NCBI GenBank assembly: GCA_963769935.1
Contig: CAVYNY010000014.1
Location: 64,001-128,000 of the forward strand
Direction: 5' to 3'
Origin: an uncultured delta proteobacterium
GTDB lineage: Bacteria; Desulfobacterota; Desulfobacteria; Desulfobacterales; JAFDCJ01
DNA length: 64,000 nucleotides
Shown: positions 38,714 through 48,437 of the stretch, piece by piece
Position numbering within the stretch: position 1 is the stretch's first letter
Layout: every line of letters begins with the position of its first letter
Made by a program: the position numbers and the translations under genes
Notes under the pieces: model-generated
Database searches by the model: none
What the model saw: only the letters and a program-made list of their open reading frames with translations
What the model was told of the DNA's origin: nothing

Positions 38714-40333
38714 TCAGGAAATTCGCCGGATGGCCAGCAGGGTGATATCATCAAACTGGACGGCTTCTCCGATATGGGCTTGCAGATTTTCGGCGATACG
38801 ACCAAGCAACTCAGCCGCTGTGGATGACGGCCTATCTAAGAGCAGCGCTAAACGGGCCCTGGTGAAAAATGTCCCGTCCCCGGCCTCGGCTTCCGTCGCA
38901 CCATCGGTGTATCCCAGAAGGATGTCTCCCGGCTCCAGATGAATTTGCCGGATCCTGAAATCAATTTTTGGCTGGACGCCCACCGCCGGACCGGTGGCAG
39001 TGAGCTGCGCTTTTACACCGCCGCCTGGTTTTATAACCAACAGCGGTTCATGCCCCCCGTTTATGTAGCTTAACGAACCTGCAGCCGGGTTCAGTATCCC
39101 GAAAAACAGGGTGGCAAACATGGCAAGCTCGCCGTGGTTCAAGGCGATGTAGTTGTTGGTGAGCTGCACGGCTTTAAGGGCCTTGCGGTGGGCCGGATCT
39201 ATGTCTGAATTACCCGAAGGCACTTCAGGCTCATCGGACATATCGTCACTGCAGGTAAGGGGCAATCCATTCAATGAAGTTTGACCCGAAAATATGCGGA
39301 TCAGGCTGCGGAAAAGCGCCATAAAAAGGGCCGCCCCAACCCCCTTGTCACACACATCGGCAACCACCAGTCCGATAGAACCTCCCGGGAGCTGGAAAAC
39401 ATCATAAAAATCGCCGGCTACCTGGCGGGCGGGCTTGAAGAAAGCCGCGGTTTCCCAGCCCGGCACCTGCAGCAGTTGATTCGGTAAAAAATTAATCTGC
39501 ATCTGGCGGCCTTTTTCCAGTTCATGGTTGAGGACCCGGGAGTAAGCTTCAACCTGCTGAAAGCTTTGCTGCAATTCCTGCTCGGCTTTTTTTCGCTTGT
39601 TAATGGCATCCGATATTTGCCGGTACATCAGGCGAAACGCTCCGATGACCTCCCCCAGCTCGTCATGGCGTTGAACCGTGGCCGAATAAAATTCAGGTGT
39701 TTGCTGGTCTTTGCTGAGCGCTTCACCGGCTCGAATCAGATCGTTTCTCAAGTTCAGGACGGGATTGACAACGATCCAACGCAGCGGCAGCCATGTACCT
39801 ACGGTCACGACCAGGGAGATGATGACCACCAGTCCGGCTATCCGCAAAAAATAGGCCAGCAATTCCTGCTTGATGGAAGATGAATCATGGCGCAGGATCA
39901 AACGATAGTCTCTTTGCAATTCCACCGGAGAACAGGCGATGTCATAGCGGGATCCATCCCGGCTTAAAAGAAAGGTCATACCGGCAGAGTTGACATCGGT
40001 AATCGAAAGCTCGGGCATCTCACCGAAAGCGCCGATTTTCTTGCCGTCGGATGTGTAAAAGGCGCCGCCGACCACAACCTTGCCATCGTAAAGCTGTTTG
40101 ATGTGATTAAAGAGCACTTCATTGGACACATCCGGTTCGACAATCTGCATAAGAAATGCAACCCGCGCAGCGGAAAGTTCTTTCATTTGCACCAGCAGCT
40201 CTTTTTTTCGCTGCTTATAGGAGGGGATGAAAATAAGAGCTTCAATTAAAATAACGCTGATGAAGACCCAGAACACAATGCGTCGTGTCAGACGGGATAC
40301 CTTGAGGTGCGATTTCCGTGTGTGCAGCATCAC
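38714..40333 (-). CDS. Membrane PP2C/SpoIIE-family phosphatase with a HAMP domain
   Basis: Two TM helices, HAMP (DELG), VAGDFYD, VADVCDKG, YTDG, DDITL. Confidence 0.92.
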   Translation of the reverse strand: MMLHTRKSHLKVSRLTRRIVFWVFISVILIEALIFIPSYKQRKKELLVQMKELSAARVAFLMQIVEPDVSNEVLFNHIKQLYDGKVVVGGAFYTSDGKKIGAFGEMPELSITDVNSAGMTFLLSRDGSRYDIACSPVELQRDYRLILRHDSSSIKQELLAYFLRIAGLVVIISLVVTVGTWLPLRWIVVNPVLNLRNDLIRAGEALSKDQQTPEFYSATVQRHDELGEVIGAFRLMYRQISDAINKRKKAEQELQQSFQQVEAYSRVLNHELEKGRQMQINFLPNQLLQVPGWETAAFFKPARQVAGDFYDVFQLPGGSIGLVVADVCDKGVGAALFMALFRSLIRIFSGQTSLNGLPLTCSDDMSDEPEVPSGNSDIDPAHRKALKAVQLTNNYIALNHGELAMFATLFFGILNPAAGSLSYINGGHEPLLVIKPGGGVKAQLTATGPAVGVQPKIDFRIRQIHLEPGDILLGYTDGATEAEAGDGTFFTRARLALLLDRPSSTAAELLGRIAENLQAHIGEAVQFDDITLLAIRRIS

Positions 40334-40630
40334 CCTTTCTCCTGGATCTTTCCGCTGATTTTTTTTTGACTATCGCTGAAAACCCCAGCTGAATCGGCGC
40401 TGATCTATTTGGGTTAAAAGAGTGTAGTAACCATTGATGCCGTTGTCAAATTAGACTAATTAGAGACTGCGCCGGTATTAAGCCTTAAAGGCGGGAGCGT
40501 TGGAATCAATTCGGGCGCAGGGTGCTTTTGCTTTCAAGAAGCATGCGGTGATGAATTGGTATTCATATGTCCCCAAATCAACCCATCAACCAGTCAAATA
40601 TTCAACCATGACTCATCAGGAGGCATTGCT

Positions 40631-40930
40631 ATGCTTAAAAAATTGACTGAAAAACTGTTCGGCAAAAATACGGCCGGCTCAGCATCGGATGGCTTTTTCC
40701 TGAATGTGCGCTGCAGCGACTGTGGCGAAGAGTTCAAACTTTTTATAAATAAGTCCTATGAGCTGATGCAGAATTTCGAAGAAAACGGCGGCGTCACCTA
40801 TGTCTTGAAAAAAGAGGTCTTCGGGGTGGGCTGTAAAAATCGTATCCAGGTGAACATGAAATTTGACGGCCGTAAAAAATTGGTGTCAAAAAAAATTGGA
40901 AACGGAGAGTTTATCGAAGATGAACAGTAA
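40631..40930 (+). CDS. Hypothetical protein, possibly Zn-binding
   Basis: AGGAGG RBS; CSDC and GC motifs. Confidence 0.78.
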   Translation: MLKKLTEKLFGKNTAGSASDGFFLNVRCSDCGEEFKLFINKSYELMQNFEENGGVTYVLKKEVFGVGCKNRIQVNMKFDGRKKLVSKKIGNGEFIEDEQ

Positions 40931-41196
40931 TTTTTTCCTGTATTGATCAATTGACTTCCATTTTAGCCGGCTCGCGGCGGCAAACCTTCCGAAAACCGGC
41001 GGCCGCATTATCAGCCCGGCCACGCCCACCGGTGTCAGGCCCGATAGCTTCCCTGCCGGACGAACGGCTCACAGGCAAGGCCGCATCATGCCTTAAAATT
41101 TCAAAATAAAAAAGCAGGCAACTATTAAAAGAATTGTAAAAAAAATTGCGGCAACCAGGACCCTATCTAACTTAAAGGTATGAATTGGGGGGGGGA

Positions 41197-41718
41197 CTAT
41201 AGCTCAAAAATATATGTTACCGGTCCATTGCCGTTGTTAAGCACCTGGTATTTAATTTTGCCGCAATTGGACAGTGCCCCCTCAACATTTGGGGCCTGAT
41301 CGGAAGAAACCGTATATCCCCCTTTCACTTTTAATCCCGGCGCTGCAACCGGCAAATCATATGTTATACCAATATTTGAAACATAATCCGGAATTTGCCC
41401 TCTAATGATGATTCCATGCCCGCCGACATCAGGATCAAGCATTCCGGCGCTCTCAAGGTCCAGAATGTCCTGTCGCACCTTGGCGAAGGCATCGCTGTCA
41501 TTGGGCTGTTTTTTCCGCCAGCTGGCTGATGACGGCGGCTCATCGGGGGACTTTATTTCCCCGATTACCACGACATCGTCCTTCACCGCAATGTAGTCCG
41601 GCTTCCACCTGTGCCGGCTGGTTTTACCTTTAATATCGGCTTCGCCGTCGAAATATTCATAACCGGCGGTGATCAATGATTCTTTAACTTTTGGATAAAA
41701 TTCTTTTTTCCCGCTCAT
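41197..41718 (-). CDS. Hypothetical protein with a PD-(D/E)xK nuclease-like motif
   Basis: GAGGAG RBS; ESLITAGY...KPDYIAVKDDVVVIGEIKS. Confidence 0.65.
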   Translation of the reverse strand: MSGKKEFYPKVKESLITAGYEYFDGEADIKGKTSRHRWKPDYIAVKDDVVVIGEIKSPDEPPSSASWRKKQPNDSDAFAKVRQDILDLESAGMLDPDVGGHGIIIRGQIPDYVSNIGITYDLPVAAPGLKVKGGYTVSSDQAPNVEGALSNCGKIKYQVLNNGNGPVTYIFEL

Positions 41719-42204
41719 TATTCACTCCTCGATAGATTATTTACCACATCCTAAAATAATGGTCCAGCAACCTGTGAATTTATCCTATTATCGGCAGATA
41801 ATTCAGTGTCCTAAAATGGAATTTTGATAATGACCGGATCGATCAAAAAAAATTGCCGACAAATCATTACAATTGAATATGCCTGACATGGAATTCCACA
41901 GGTTTTATGTTTTCGTATCCAACAACGGGGCTGTAAAACGAGGAAAATAAGATGAAACCGGGCCCAACTAGGGTATGGGACCCGGCATTTATCAGCCGGC
42001 CTGGCGCCGAAGAAAAGCTTAAATCTCAGGACAAATTAATTCACCGGCGGCGGTTGCGCGCCGTTTGGGGGTGAGCGTTTTGACAATGTTTTAACAAACG
42101 CCGTCGGTGGTTATAAGCGCGGGAGGGCGGGCAGGAGTGGATCGATCCGTCCCCAACCCGTCACAGCGGATGGGACCATTCCAATGGAAAATCGAATGAT
42201 TCCG

Positions 42205-42396
42205 CTAATGCTCAAAACTGATTTTTTTGTTGGGATTCAACAAATTCTGGTAGCAGACATCACATATTATGTGCTGATCACCGCATATCCACTCCGCAGC
42301 AGATCGCAGCTCACGGTGACACGAACCGCATCTGATCAGCTCGGCGTTGGCAGTTTCAGCCGGCATCCTTTCATCCAGGGCTTTTTCGGTATCCAT
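42205..42396 (-). CDS. Small CxxC...CxxC zinc-finger protein
   Basis: GGAGG RBS; CGSC...CDVC. Confidence 0.72.
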   Translation of the reverse strand: MDTEKALDERMPAETANAELIRCGSCHRELRSAAEWICGDQHIICDVCYQNLLNPNKKISFEH

Positions 42397-42446
42397 ATCC
42401 CCTCCCCTTTAAGCAATTTTAACCGCAGACCTCCTATTAATATAAA

Positions 42447-42462
42447 TGCAACTATCCTGCCA
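42447..42462 (-). promoter_or_regulatory. Sigma54 promoter with an IHF site
   Basis: TGGCAG-GATAG-TTGCA; consensus IHF site TATCAATTAGTTA at 42503-42515. Confidence 0.65.
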
Positions 42463-42740
42463 CATGCCGGCGATCCCGCATTAAAATTTAAATTTTTTAT
42501 AATATCAATTAGTTACAATAAAAAATATTCTGCCGGCCCCTTGGGTTTGCAGCGCTAAATTTTACATATATGTATAATAGACCGGTCAAATCAAACAAAA
42601 TTGTAACTTTGTAGGGACTTCGTACAGTTTTGTTTTGGCTTTTGACAGCCTGCAGAATTTATAATATGGTGCAGTATTGTAAGGGTTCATTGTTCAAAAG
42701 TATTAATTTATGTCATTATTGTCTAAATCGGTAAGTACAC

Positions 42741-43307
42741 ATGCAGGAAATTCGTTTTCACGGTCGCGGCGGACAGGGAACGGTGGTGGCTTCAATTTTG
42801 CTGGCCAAAGCCTTCTTCAGTGCCGGCTATTATGTGCAGACTTTTCCGGTCTTCGGCGTGGAAAGACGGGGAGCGCCGGTAGAAGCCTATTTGAGGCTGG
42901 ACCAGGAAAAAATCCTGATCCGTTGCAACGTATACACCCCGGACCATGTGGTGGTGCAGGACGTCAAGCTTTTAGAAAATATAAATGTCACCGGCGGACT
43001 TAAACCGGGCGGCTGGATTCTGCTGAATGCCCCGCAGCGAAGCGAAAACCTGGCGTCTTTTTCCGGTTTCCGCCTGGCCTGGGTGGATGCCACGCGAATA
43101 GCCGTCCGAAACCAATTGGGTACCCGCACCCACCCGATTATCAACACGGCCATGGTCGGCGCCTTTGCCCGCATAATGGCGATACCGCCCCTGGGCATGA
43201 TTTCCGCAGCCATCAAAGAAGACATTCACATCAGAGCGGAGCAAAATATTCAAGCCTGCCGGGAAGCGTACGAAAACGTGCAGATTTACGGGCTGGTGAA
43301 CTCATAG
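42741..43307 (+). CDS. 2-oxoacid:acceptor oxidoreductase gamma subunit
   Basis: EIRFHGRGGQG, FGVERRGAPV, VDAT, NTAMVGA. Confidence 0.95.
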   Translation: MQEIRFHGRGGQGTVVASILLAKAFFSAGYYVQTFPVFGVERRGAPVEAYLRLDQEKILIRCNVYTPDHVVVQDVKLLENINVTGGLKPGGWILLNAPQRSENLASFSGFRLAWVDATRIAVRNQLGTRTHPIINTAMVGAFARIMAIPPLGMISAAIKEDIHIRAEQNIQACREAYENVQIYGLVNS

Positions 43308-43323
43308 AGTCGGGAATTAAACC

Positions 43324-45078
43324 ATGCAAGACGCAGCATTTAAACAACTCCCCTTGTTCATTCCGCACTCCAGCACTTCCACCGCGCAGAACAAAACCGG
43401 GTCCTGGCGCTTTTTCCATCCCAAGTATGATGAAAAAACCGCACCCTGCAGTTCGGCCTGTCCGCTGGGACAGGATATCGCCCGCATCGAGATGCTGGCA
43501 TCAGGGGGATTGTTCCAGGACGCCTGGCATAAAATTATAGAGGAAAATCCTTTTCCGGCAGTCTGCGGGCGGGTGTGTTTTCACCCGTGCGAAGGGGCCT
43601 GCAACCGCAGTACATTGGATGACCCCATCGCCATCCATAATCTTGAACGTTTTCTGGGAGATGCGGCGATCTCACAGGAGCGAACACCGGATTTCACCCT
43701 GCAGCCGGCGCGGGGCAAAAAGGTGGCCATTGCCGGAGCCGGCCCGGCCGGCTTATCAGCCGCCTATTTTCTGAGGCAGCTGGGATATGCCTGCGATGTG
43801 TTTGAAGCCGCCGCCGAACCCGGCGGTCTGCTGCGGATGGGAATTCCAACCTACCGGTTGCCGCGTGATATTCTCGACCATGAAATCAAAAGGATTGAGG
43901 ATCTGGGTGTTAACATTTTCTGCCGGACACCGGTAACGGTGAATAGGCTTGAAAAGATACACCTGGAATATGATGCCCTCTTTATCGGCTGCGGTTGCGC
44001 ACGGTCCATTGCGCTTAAAATAGAAGGTGGGCATCTGGCCTGCGACGGACTGGATTTTCTGCGCCGGCTGCAACGGGAAGAAATGGTCTCTTTCAGCGGC
44101 AGAGCCGCCGTTATCGGCGGCGGCAACACCGCTGTCGATGTTGCCCGCGCCCTGGCGCGCCTGGGCGCCTCCCCGTTGATTGTGTATCGCCGTCGGCTTG
44201 ACGACATGCCGGCTTTCGACCCGGAGGTTAAGATGGCCCTCGATGAAGGCGTGGAAATAATGGAACTGGCGGCTCCCGTTCGGATCGAGGAAAATCAAGC
44301 CGATTTATCTTCCTCCGGGACCAATTACACCCTCACCCTGCAGCAAATGAAAATCAACTCCGGGAAGATCGGCGGCCGCGCGCAGGCCATACCGGATGGC
44401 GAAAAAACAAGGGCCATCCAGGTCCAGGGTATCTTTGTTGCCATTGGTGCCGAGGCCGATTCCCGCTGGAATCTTCCGGCAGCGGGTCGAGAGGGGACCC
44501 TTTTCTTAAGCCACTGTCAACTTAGCCGACGGAAAATTCCTTACATATTCGGAGGGGATCTCAGCAGTCCGGTTAAAAGTGTCGCCGATGCCATTGCATC
44601 GGGCAAACAGGCTGCCCTAACCCTGGATACATATTTTGAAAAAGGTTTAAAGGCGGTCGAACCCCGCCTGGCCGCCTGCCGGGTAGGCCCCGGACCGGCG
44701 CTTTGCATGAATGCCTATCTGGGTGGGGAGCGCCGCAGCCGCAATGCGCAAATTGTTTCCAATGACCAAATCGTCATGGATTATTTCCGGACTGCCCCAC
44801 GGGTGACCCCGGCCTCGCTTGATGCCGGCCGGCGCCGCCGGTCTTTTGCGGAAATCGAATCTGCGCTGAGCAGCGATGCGGCCCAAGAAGAAGCCGCACG
44901 CTGTTTTAATTGCGGCACCTGCAACGCCTGTGATTACTGCCGGCTTTACTGTCCCGAAATGGCAGTCAAAGTAGAAAAGGCGCAGCGCTCGATCGACATG
45001 GACTACTGCAAAGGTTGCGGGGTGTGTGTAACCGAATGTCCGCGCAATGCCATGGCGCTGGAGGAGGAAATCCAATGA
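43324..45078 (+). CDS. GltD-like FAD/NAD(P) oxidoreductase fused to a delta-type 2x[4Fe-4S] subunit
   Basis: KTGSWR, CSSACP, CGRVCFHPCEGAC, GAGPAG, GGGNTA, YRR, RCFNCG, CDYCRLYCP, YCKGCGVCVTECP. Confidence 0.92.
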   Translation: MQDAAFKQLPLFIPHSSTSTAQNKTGSWRFFHPKYDEKTAPCSSACPLGQDIARIEMLASGGLFQDAWHKIIEENPFPAVCGRVCFHPCEGACNRSTLDDPIAIHNLERFLGDAAISQERTPDFTLQPARGKKVAIAGAGPAGLSAAYFLRQLGYACDVFEAAAEPGGLLRMGIPTYRLPRDILDHEIKRIEDLGVNIFCRTPVTVNRLEKIHLEYDALFIGCGCARSIALKIEGGHLACDGLDFLRRLQREEMVSFSGRAAVIGGGNTAVDVARALARLGASPLIVYRRRLDDMPAFDPEVKMALDEGVEIMELAAPVRIEENQADLSSSGTNYTLTLQQMKINSGKIGGRAQAIPDGEKTRAIQVQGIFVAIGAEADSRWNLPAAGREGTLFLSHCQLSRRKIPYIFGGDLSSPVKSVADAIASGKQAALTLDTYFEKGLKAVEPRLAACRVGPGPALCMNAYLGGERRSRNAQIVSNDQIVMDYFRTAPRVTPASLDAGRRRRSFAEIESALSSDAAQEEAARCFNCGTCNACDYCRLYCPEMAVKVEKAQRSIDMDYCKGCGVCVTECPRNAMALEEEIQ

Positions 45079-46253
45079 AAAAAGTCATCGAGGGCAGCCA
45101 GGCGGTATCGGAAGCCGCCCGTCTGGCCAGAGTTCAGGTGATTGCCGCCTACCCCATCACACCCCAGACCCACATCGTGGAAGCCTTGTCCGAATACTGT
45201 TCAAACGGAACGTTAAATGCGCGTTTCATCAACGTGGAAAGCGAACACTCGGCCATGGCGGCCGTCGTCGGTGCTTCCAGCGGCGGCGCCCGGGTATTTA
45301 CGGCATCTTCCTCCCATGGTTTGGCCTACATGCACGAAATGCTGCACTGGGCATCGGCGGCCAGGCTGCCCATCGTAATGGCCGAAGTCAACCGGGCTCT
45401 CGGACCGGGCTGGAACATATGGACCGATCAGACCGACAGTCTTGCCCAACGGGACACCGGCTGGATCCAGCTTTACTGCGAGGACGGCCAGGAAGCGCTG
45501 GACACCACTCTGCTGGCATTTCGATTGGCGGAAACACTGAATTTGCCGGTAATGGTGGTCCTGGACGCATTCTTTCTTTCCCATACGTACGAACCCATCG
45601 ATGTTCCGGAGCAGGTGCAGGTGGATCGTTTTCTGCCGCCCCCCGACTTGCGGCTCCGGCTGGATACGGCCAAACCCTGTGCCTTTAATCAGCTGGTCAC
45701 GCCTGCCGCCTACATGGAAATGCGTTACAACACCCAGTTGGCCATGGCGGAAGCCGAGCGGCGCCTGGAACAAATTGAAAAAGAATTTGAATCCGTCTTT
45801 AATAGAAAATACGGCCCGCTGGAAGCAATTCACTGCGAGGATGCCGAGATCATCATCGTTACTACCGGGACGGTCACCGGCACCTGCCGCCTGGTCCTGG
45901 CGCAGCTTCGTGCGCGGGGTGAAAACGTCGGTCTATTGAAAATCAAGATGTTTCGACCATTTCCGGCGGATCTCATTTGCCGGCATCTCGGATCCGCCCG
46001 GAAAATCGCGGTGGTTGACCGCAATTTCTCATTCGGCGCCGCTGGAATTTTCGCCCAGGAAATTCGCGCGGCCCTGTGCCGCCTTGCTACGCCCCCGCGG
46101 GTTTTCGGCTATGTGGCCGGCCTGGGCGGACGCGATATAACCCCGCAAACGCTGATGGAAATCTTCACGACAACTAAAAACCAATCGGCTCCCGCGGAGG
46201 AAAGCATCTGGATCGGACTTAATCAGGAGATTGTCGAATCATGGCGCAACTGA
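45075..46253 (+). CDS. porA: 2-oxoacid:ferredoxin oxidoreductase alpha subunit
   Basis: AAYPITPQT, VESEHSAM, TASSSHGL, NRALG, FRPFP, GLGGRD. Confidence 0.93.
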   Translation: MKKVIEGSQAVSEAARLARVQVIAAYPITPQTHIVEALSEYCSNGTLNARFINVESEHSAMAAVVGASSGGARVFTASSSHGLAYMHEMLHWASAARLPIVMAEVNRALGPGWNIWTDQTDSLAQRDTGWIQLYCEDGQEALDTTLLAFRLAETLNLPVMVVLDAFFLSHTYEPIDVPEQVQVDRFLPPPDLRLRLDTAKPCAFNQLVTPAAYMEMRYNTQLAMAEAERRLEQIEKEFESVFNRKYGPLEAIHCEDAEIIIVTTGTVTGTCRLVLAQLRARGENVGLLKIKMFRPFPADLICRHLGSARKIAVVDRNFSFGAAGIFAQEIRAALCRLATPPRVFGYVAGLGGRDITPQTLMEIFTTTKNQSAPAEESIWIGLNQEIVESWRN

Positions 46254-46299
46254 GTCGAACTCAACCGCGCTCGGCCTCGCAATCGAAACGATGGAATTA

Positions 46300-46345
46300 A
46301 AGTGAAGAATCCCGGCCCAGAGAACCAGGTTTTCAATGTTGGAAT
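46300..46345. repeat. Dispersed intergenic repeat inside the por operon
   Basis: AAGTGAAGAATCCCGGCCCAGAGAACCAGGTTTTCAATGTTGGAAT; related copy at 4246-4316. Confidence 0.75.
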
Positions 46346-46361
46346 ATACAATGAGGCGCCT

Positions 46362-47270
46362 ATGAATTATAGCAATTCACAAACTTCAGGCCACCATGAT
46401 CTGATGAACCCCGGACATCTGGGATGCCCCGGCTGCGGTGCGACCATTGCCATGAAGTTTGCGCTGCAGGCGTTGGGCGCCAAGACCATGGTGGTAATCC
46501 CGGCCTGCTGCTGGGGTGTTATCGCCGGCCCTTATCCCCAGAGCGCCTTGAACGTCCCGGTTTTGCAGACGGCATTTGCCACGGCCGGTGCAGTTGCCAG
46601 CGGACTGCGGGCGGCCCTGGACATGCGCGGCGACACAGAGACTACCGTTCTTTCATGGGCCGGCGACGGAGGTACATTTGACATCGGCTTTCAGTCTTTG
46701 AGCGGGGCGGTGGAACGTAACGAAGACTGCATTTTTGTGTGCTATGACAACGAAGCCTACATGAACACCGGCGTACAGCGCTCCTCAGCCACCCCCTACG
46801 GCACCCGAACAACCACCACCCCGGCCGATAACTGGAAAAAGACCGGCAAAAAGAACATGGTTGAAGCCTTGGCGGCCCACCGTATTCCCTATGCCGCCAC
46901 CGCCAGTATCGGCTATCCGGAAGATATGATCCGCAAGTTTGAAAAAGCCGGACAGCTGAAAGGCGGCTCAAGATTTCTGCATGTGCTTGCCCCGTGCCCT
47001 ACGGGCTGGCGCATCGGATCTGAAATGTCGGTAAAAATAGCCCGGCTTGCGGTGCAAACCAATGTATTCCCTTTGTATGAAGTCAGCGGCGGCCTTAAAT
47101 ACGATCTGAACTTCGAAGGGGATCGCCGGGTCGGAGAGTACCTGACCGCCCAGGGCCGGTTTAAACATCTGACGGATGCGGATAGCGATCGGATACAGCA
47201 GATGGTGGATGCCGAATGGAATTTGCTGTTGCGAAAGGCCGCAGCACCCGAAGCACGCAACCCGCAATAA
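46362..47270 (+). CDS. porB: 2-oxoacid:ferredoxin oxidoreductase beta subunit (TPP-binding)
   Basis: GCPGCG, GDGGTFDIG, YDNEAYMNTG, PCPTGW. Confidence 0.93.
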   Translation: MNYSNSQTSGHHDLMNPGHLGCPGCGATIAMKFALQALGAKTMVVIPACCWGVIAGPYPQSALNVPVLQTAFATAGAVASGLRAALDMRGDTETTVLSWAGDGGTFDIGFQSLSGAVERNEDCIFVCYDNEAYMNTGVQRSSATPYGTRTTTTPADNWKKTGKKNMVEALAAHRIPYAATASIGYPEDMIRKFEKAGQLKGGSRFLHVLAPCPTGWRIGSEMSVKIARLAVQTNVFPLYEVSGGLKYDLNFEGDRRVGEYLTAQGRFKHLTDADSDRIQQMVDAEWNLLLRKAAAPEARNPQ

Positions 47271-47447
47271 ATTGAAGATTGAAGATTGAAAATTTAATTT
47301 TCTGTGTTAAAATGAGACGCACACAAGATATGAATTCGATCTGAATTTGGCAACAGCTCGCCCCAGGTGGGCAACCATATTAATTCAAAAGGAATGGACG
47401 CTGTGGAGTCCTTCTCTTATTACTCCAATTTGAAAGGAATAGCATCA

Positions 47448-48437
47448 ATGAAATTTGCGCCAAGCAAGCGACTTTTTCAAATCGCTGCAATATTTGTCGG
47501 TATTTTGATTTTTCTGCCAGCCCTGGCTGAAGAAGGCAAGCCTGCCGATACTGCTAAAAAAATTGCCGTCATAAACGGAGTCGTTATTTCCCAGGGGCAA
47601 TTCAACAAAGAGTTAACGATTCATCTTGATCGATTCTCCAGGCAGGGCCAGCAGGTGTCCGATACCCAGATGGCGGAGCTTAAAAAGAATGTATTGGACG
47701 GTCTGATCGAGCGCGAGGTGCTCTACCAGCAAAGCGGGAAAGCCGGCATTAAAATTACCGATCAGGCGGTTGACGAACAACTGGCGGCTATCAAGAAACG
47801 GTTTCCCAGCGAGGAAGAATATAAAAAAGCTTTGAGCGCTATGAATCTGACCGAGGATGAGGTTAAATCACAGATTGCGCGCGGACTGGCCATCCGGGAA
47901 TTGATTAATCAAGAGATCATGAACAAAATTACAATCTCCGATGAGGAAAGCAAAGCTTACTATGATGCCAATCCCCAATTGTTCAAGCAGCCCGAACAGG
48001 TAAAAGCCAGTCACATATTGATCAAGGTTGAACCCGACGCCACGGATGCGCAAAAGGCTGAAGCACGCAAAAAAATCAACGATGTTCAGCAAAAAATAAA
48101 AAACGGCGGTGACTTCGCCGAACTTGCCAAACAGTACTCGGAAGGTCCCAGCAATGTCCGGGGCGGCGACCTGGGTTATTTCAGCCGCGGACAAATGGTT
48201 AAGCCTTTCGAAGATACGGCCTTTGCCATGCAGCCCAATGAGGTCAGCGATGTGGTCGAGACCCGCTTCGGGTACCATCTCATAAAAGTTTATGACAAAA
48301 AGCCGGAACAAACGGTGGCTTACGCCGATGCGAAAGAAAAAATCGTCCAGCGCCTGAAACAGGAAAAAGCTGAAAAAGAAGCCGCTCAGTATGTCGAACA
48401 GCTGAAAAAGGATGCCAAAATAGAAACATTTTTATAA
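47448..48437 (+). CDS. Parvulin-type peptidylprolyl isomerase (SurA/PrsA-like)
   Basis: Signal peptide; ASHILI, DFAELAKQYSE, GGDLG, MVKPFE, TRFGYHLIK. Confidence 0.94.
   Translation: MKFAPSKRLFQIAAIFVGILIFLPALAEEGKPADTAKKIAVINGVVISQGQFNKELTIHLDRFSRQGQQVSDTQMAELKKNVLDGLIEREVLYQQSGKAGIKITDQAVDEQLAAIKKRFPSEEEYKKALSAMNLTEDEVKSQIARGLAIRELINQEIMNKITISDEESKAYYDANPQLFKQPEQVKASHILIKVEPDATDAQKAEARKKINDVQQKIKNGGDFAELAKQYSEGPSNVRGGDLGYFSRGQMVKPFEDTAFAMQPNEVSDVVETRFGYHLIKVYDKKPEQTVAYADAKEKIVQRLKQEKAEKEAAQYVEQLKKDAKIETFL

Noticed and set aside
40979..41058. c-di-GMP-I riboswitch-like words (GGCAAAC..GAAA..CGCA..GATAGC..CTGCC)
   Set aside because: The stem around GAAA does not pair and there is no downstream gene on that strand.
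46251..46361. porA TGA in frame with porB through an open spacer (readthrough fusion)
   Set aside because: No convincing SECIS, porA ends at a normal length, and porB has its own RBS-like GAGG and ATG; plausible by chance.
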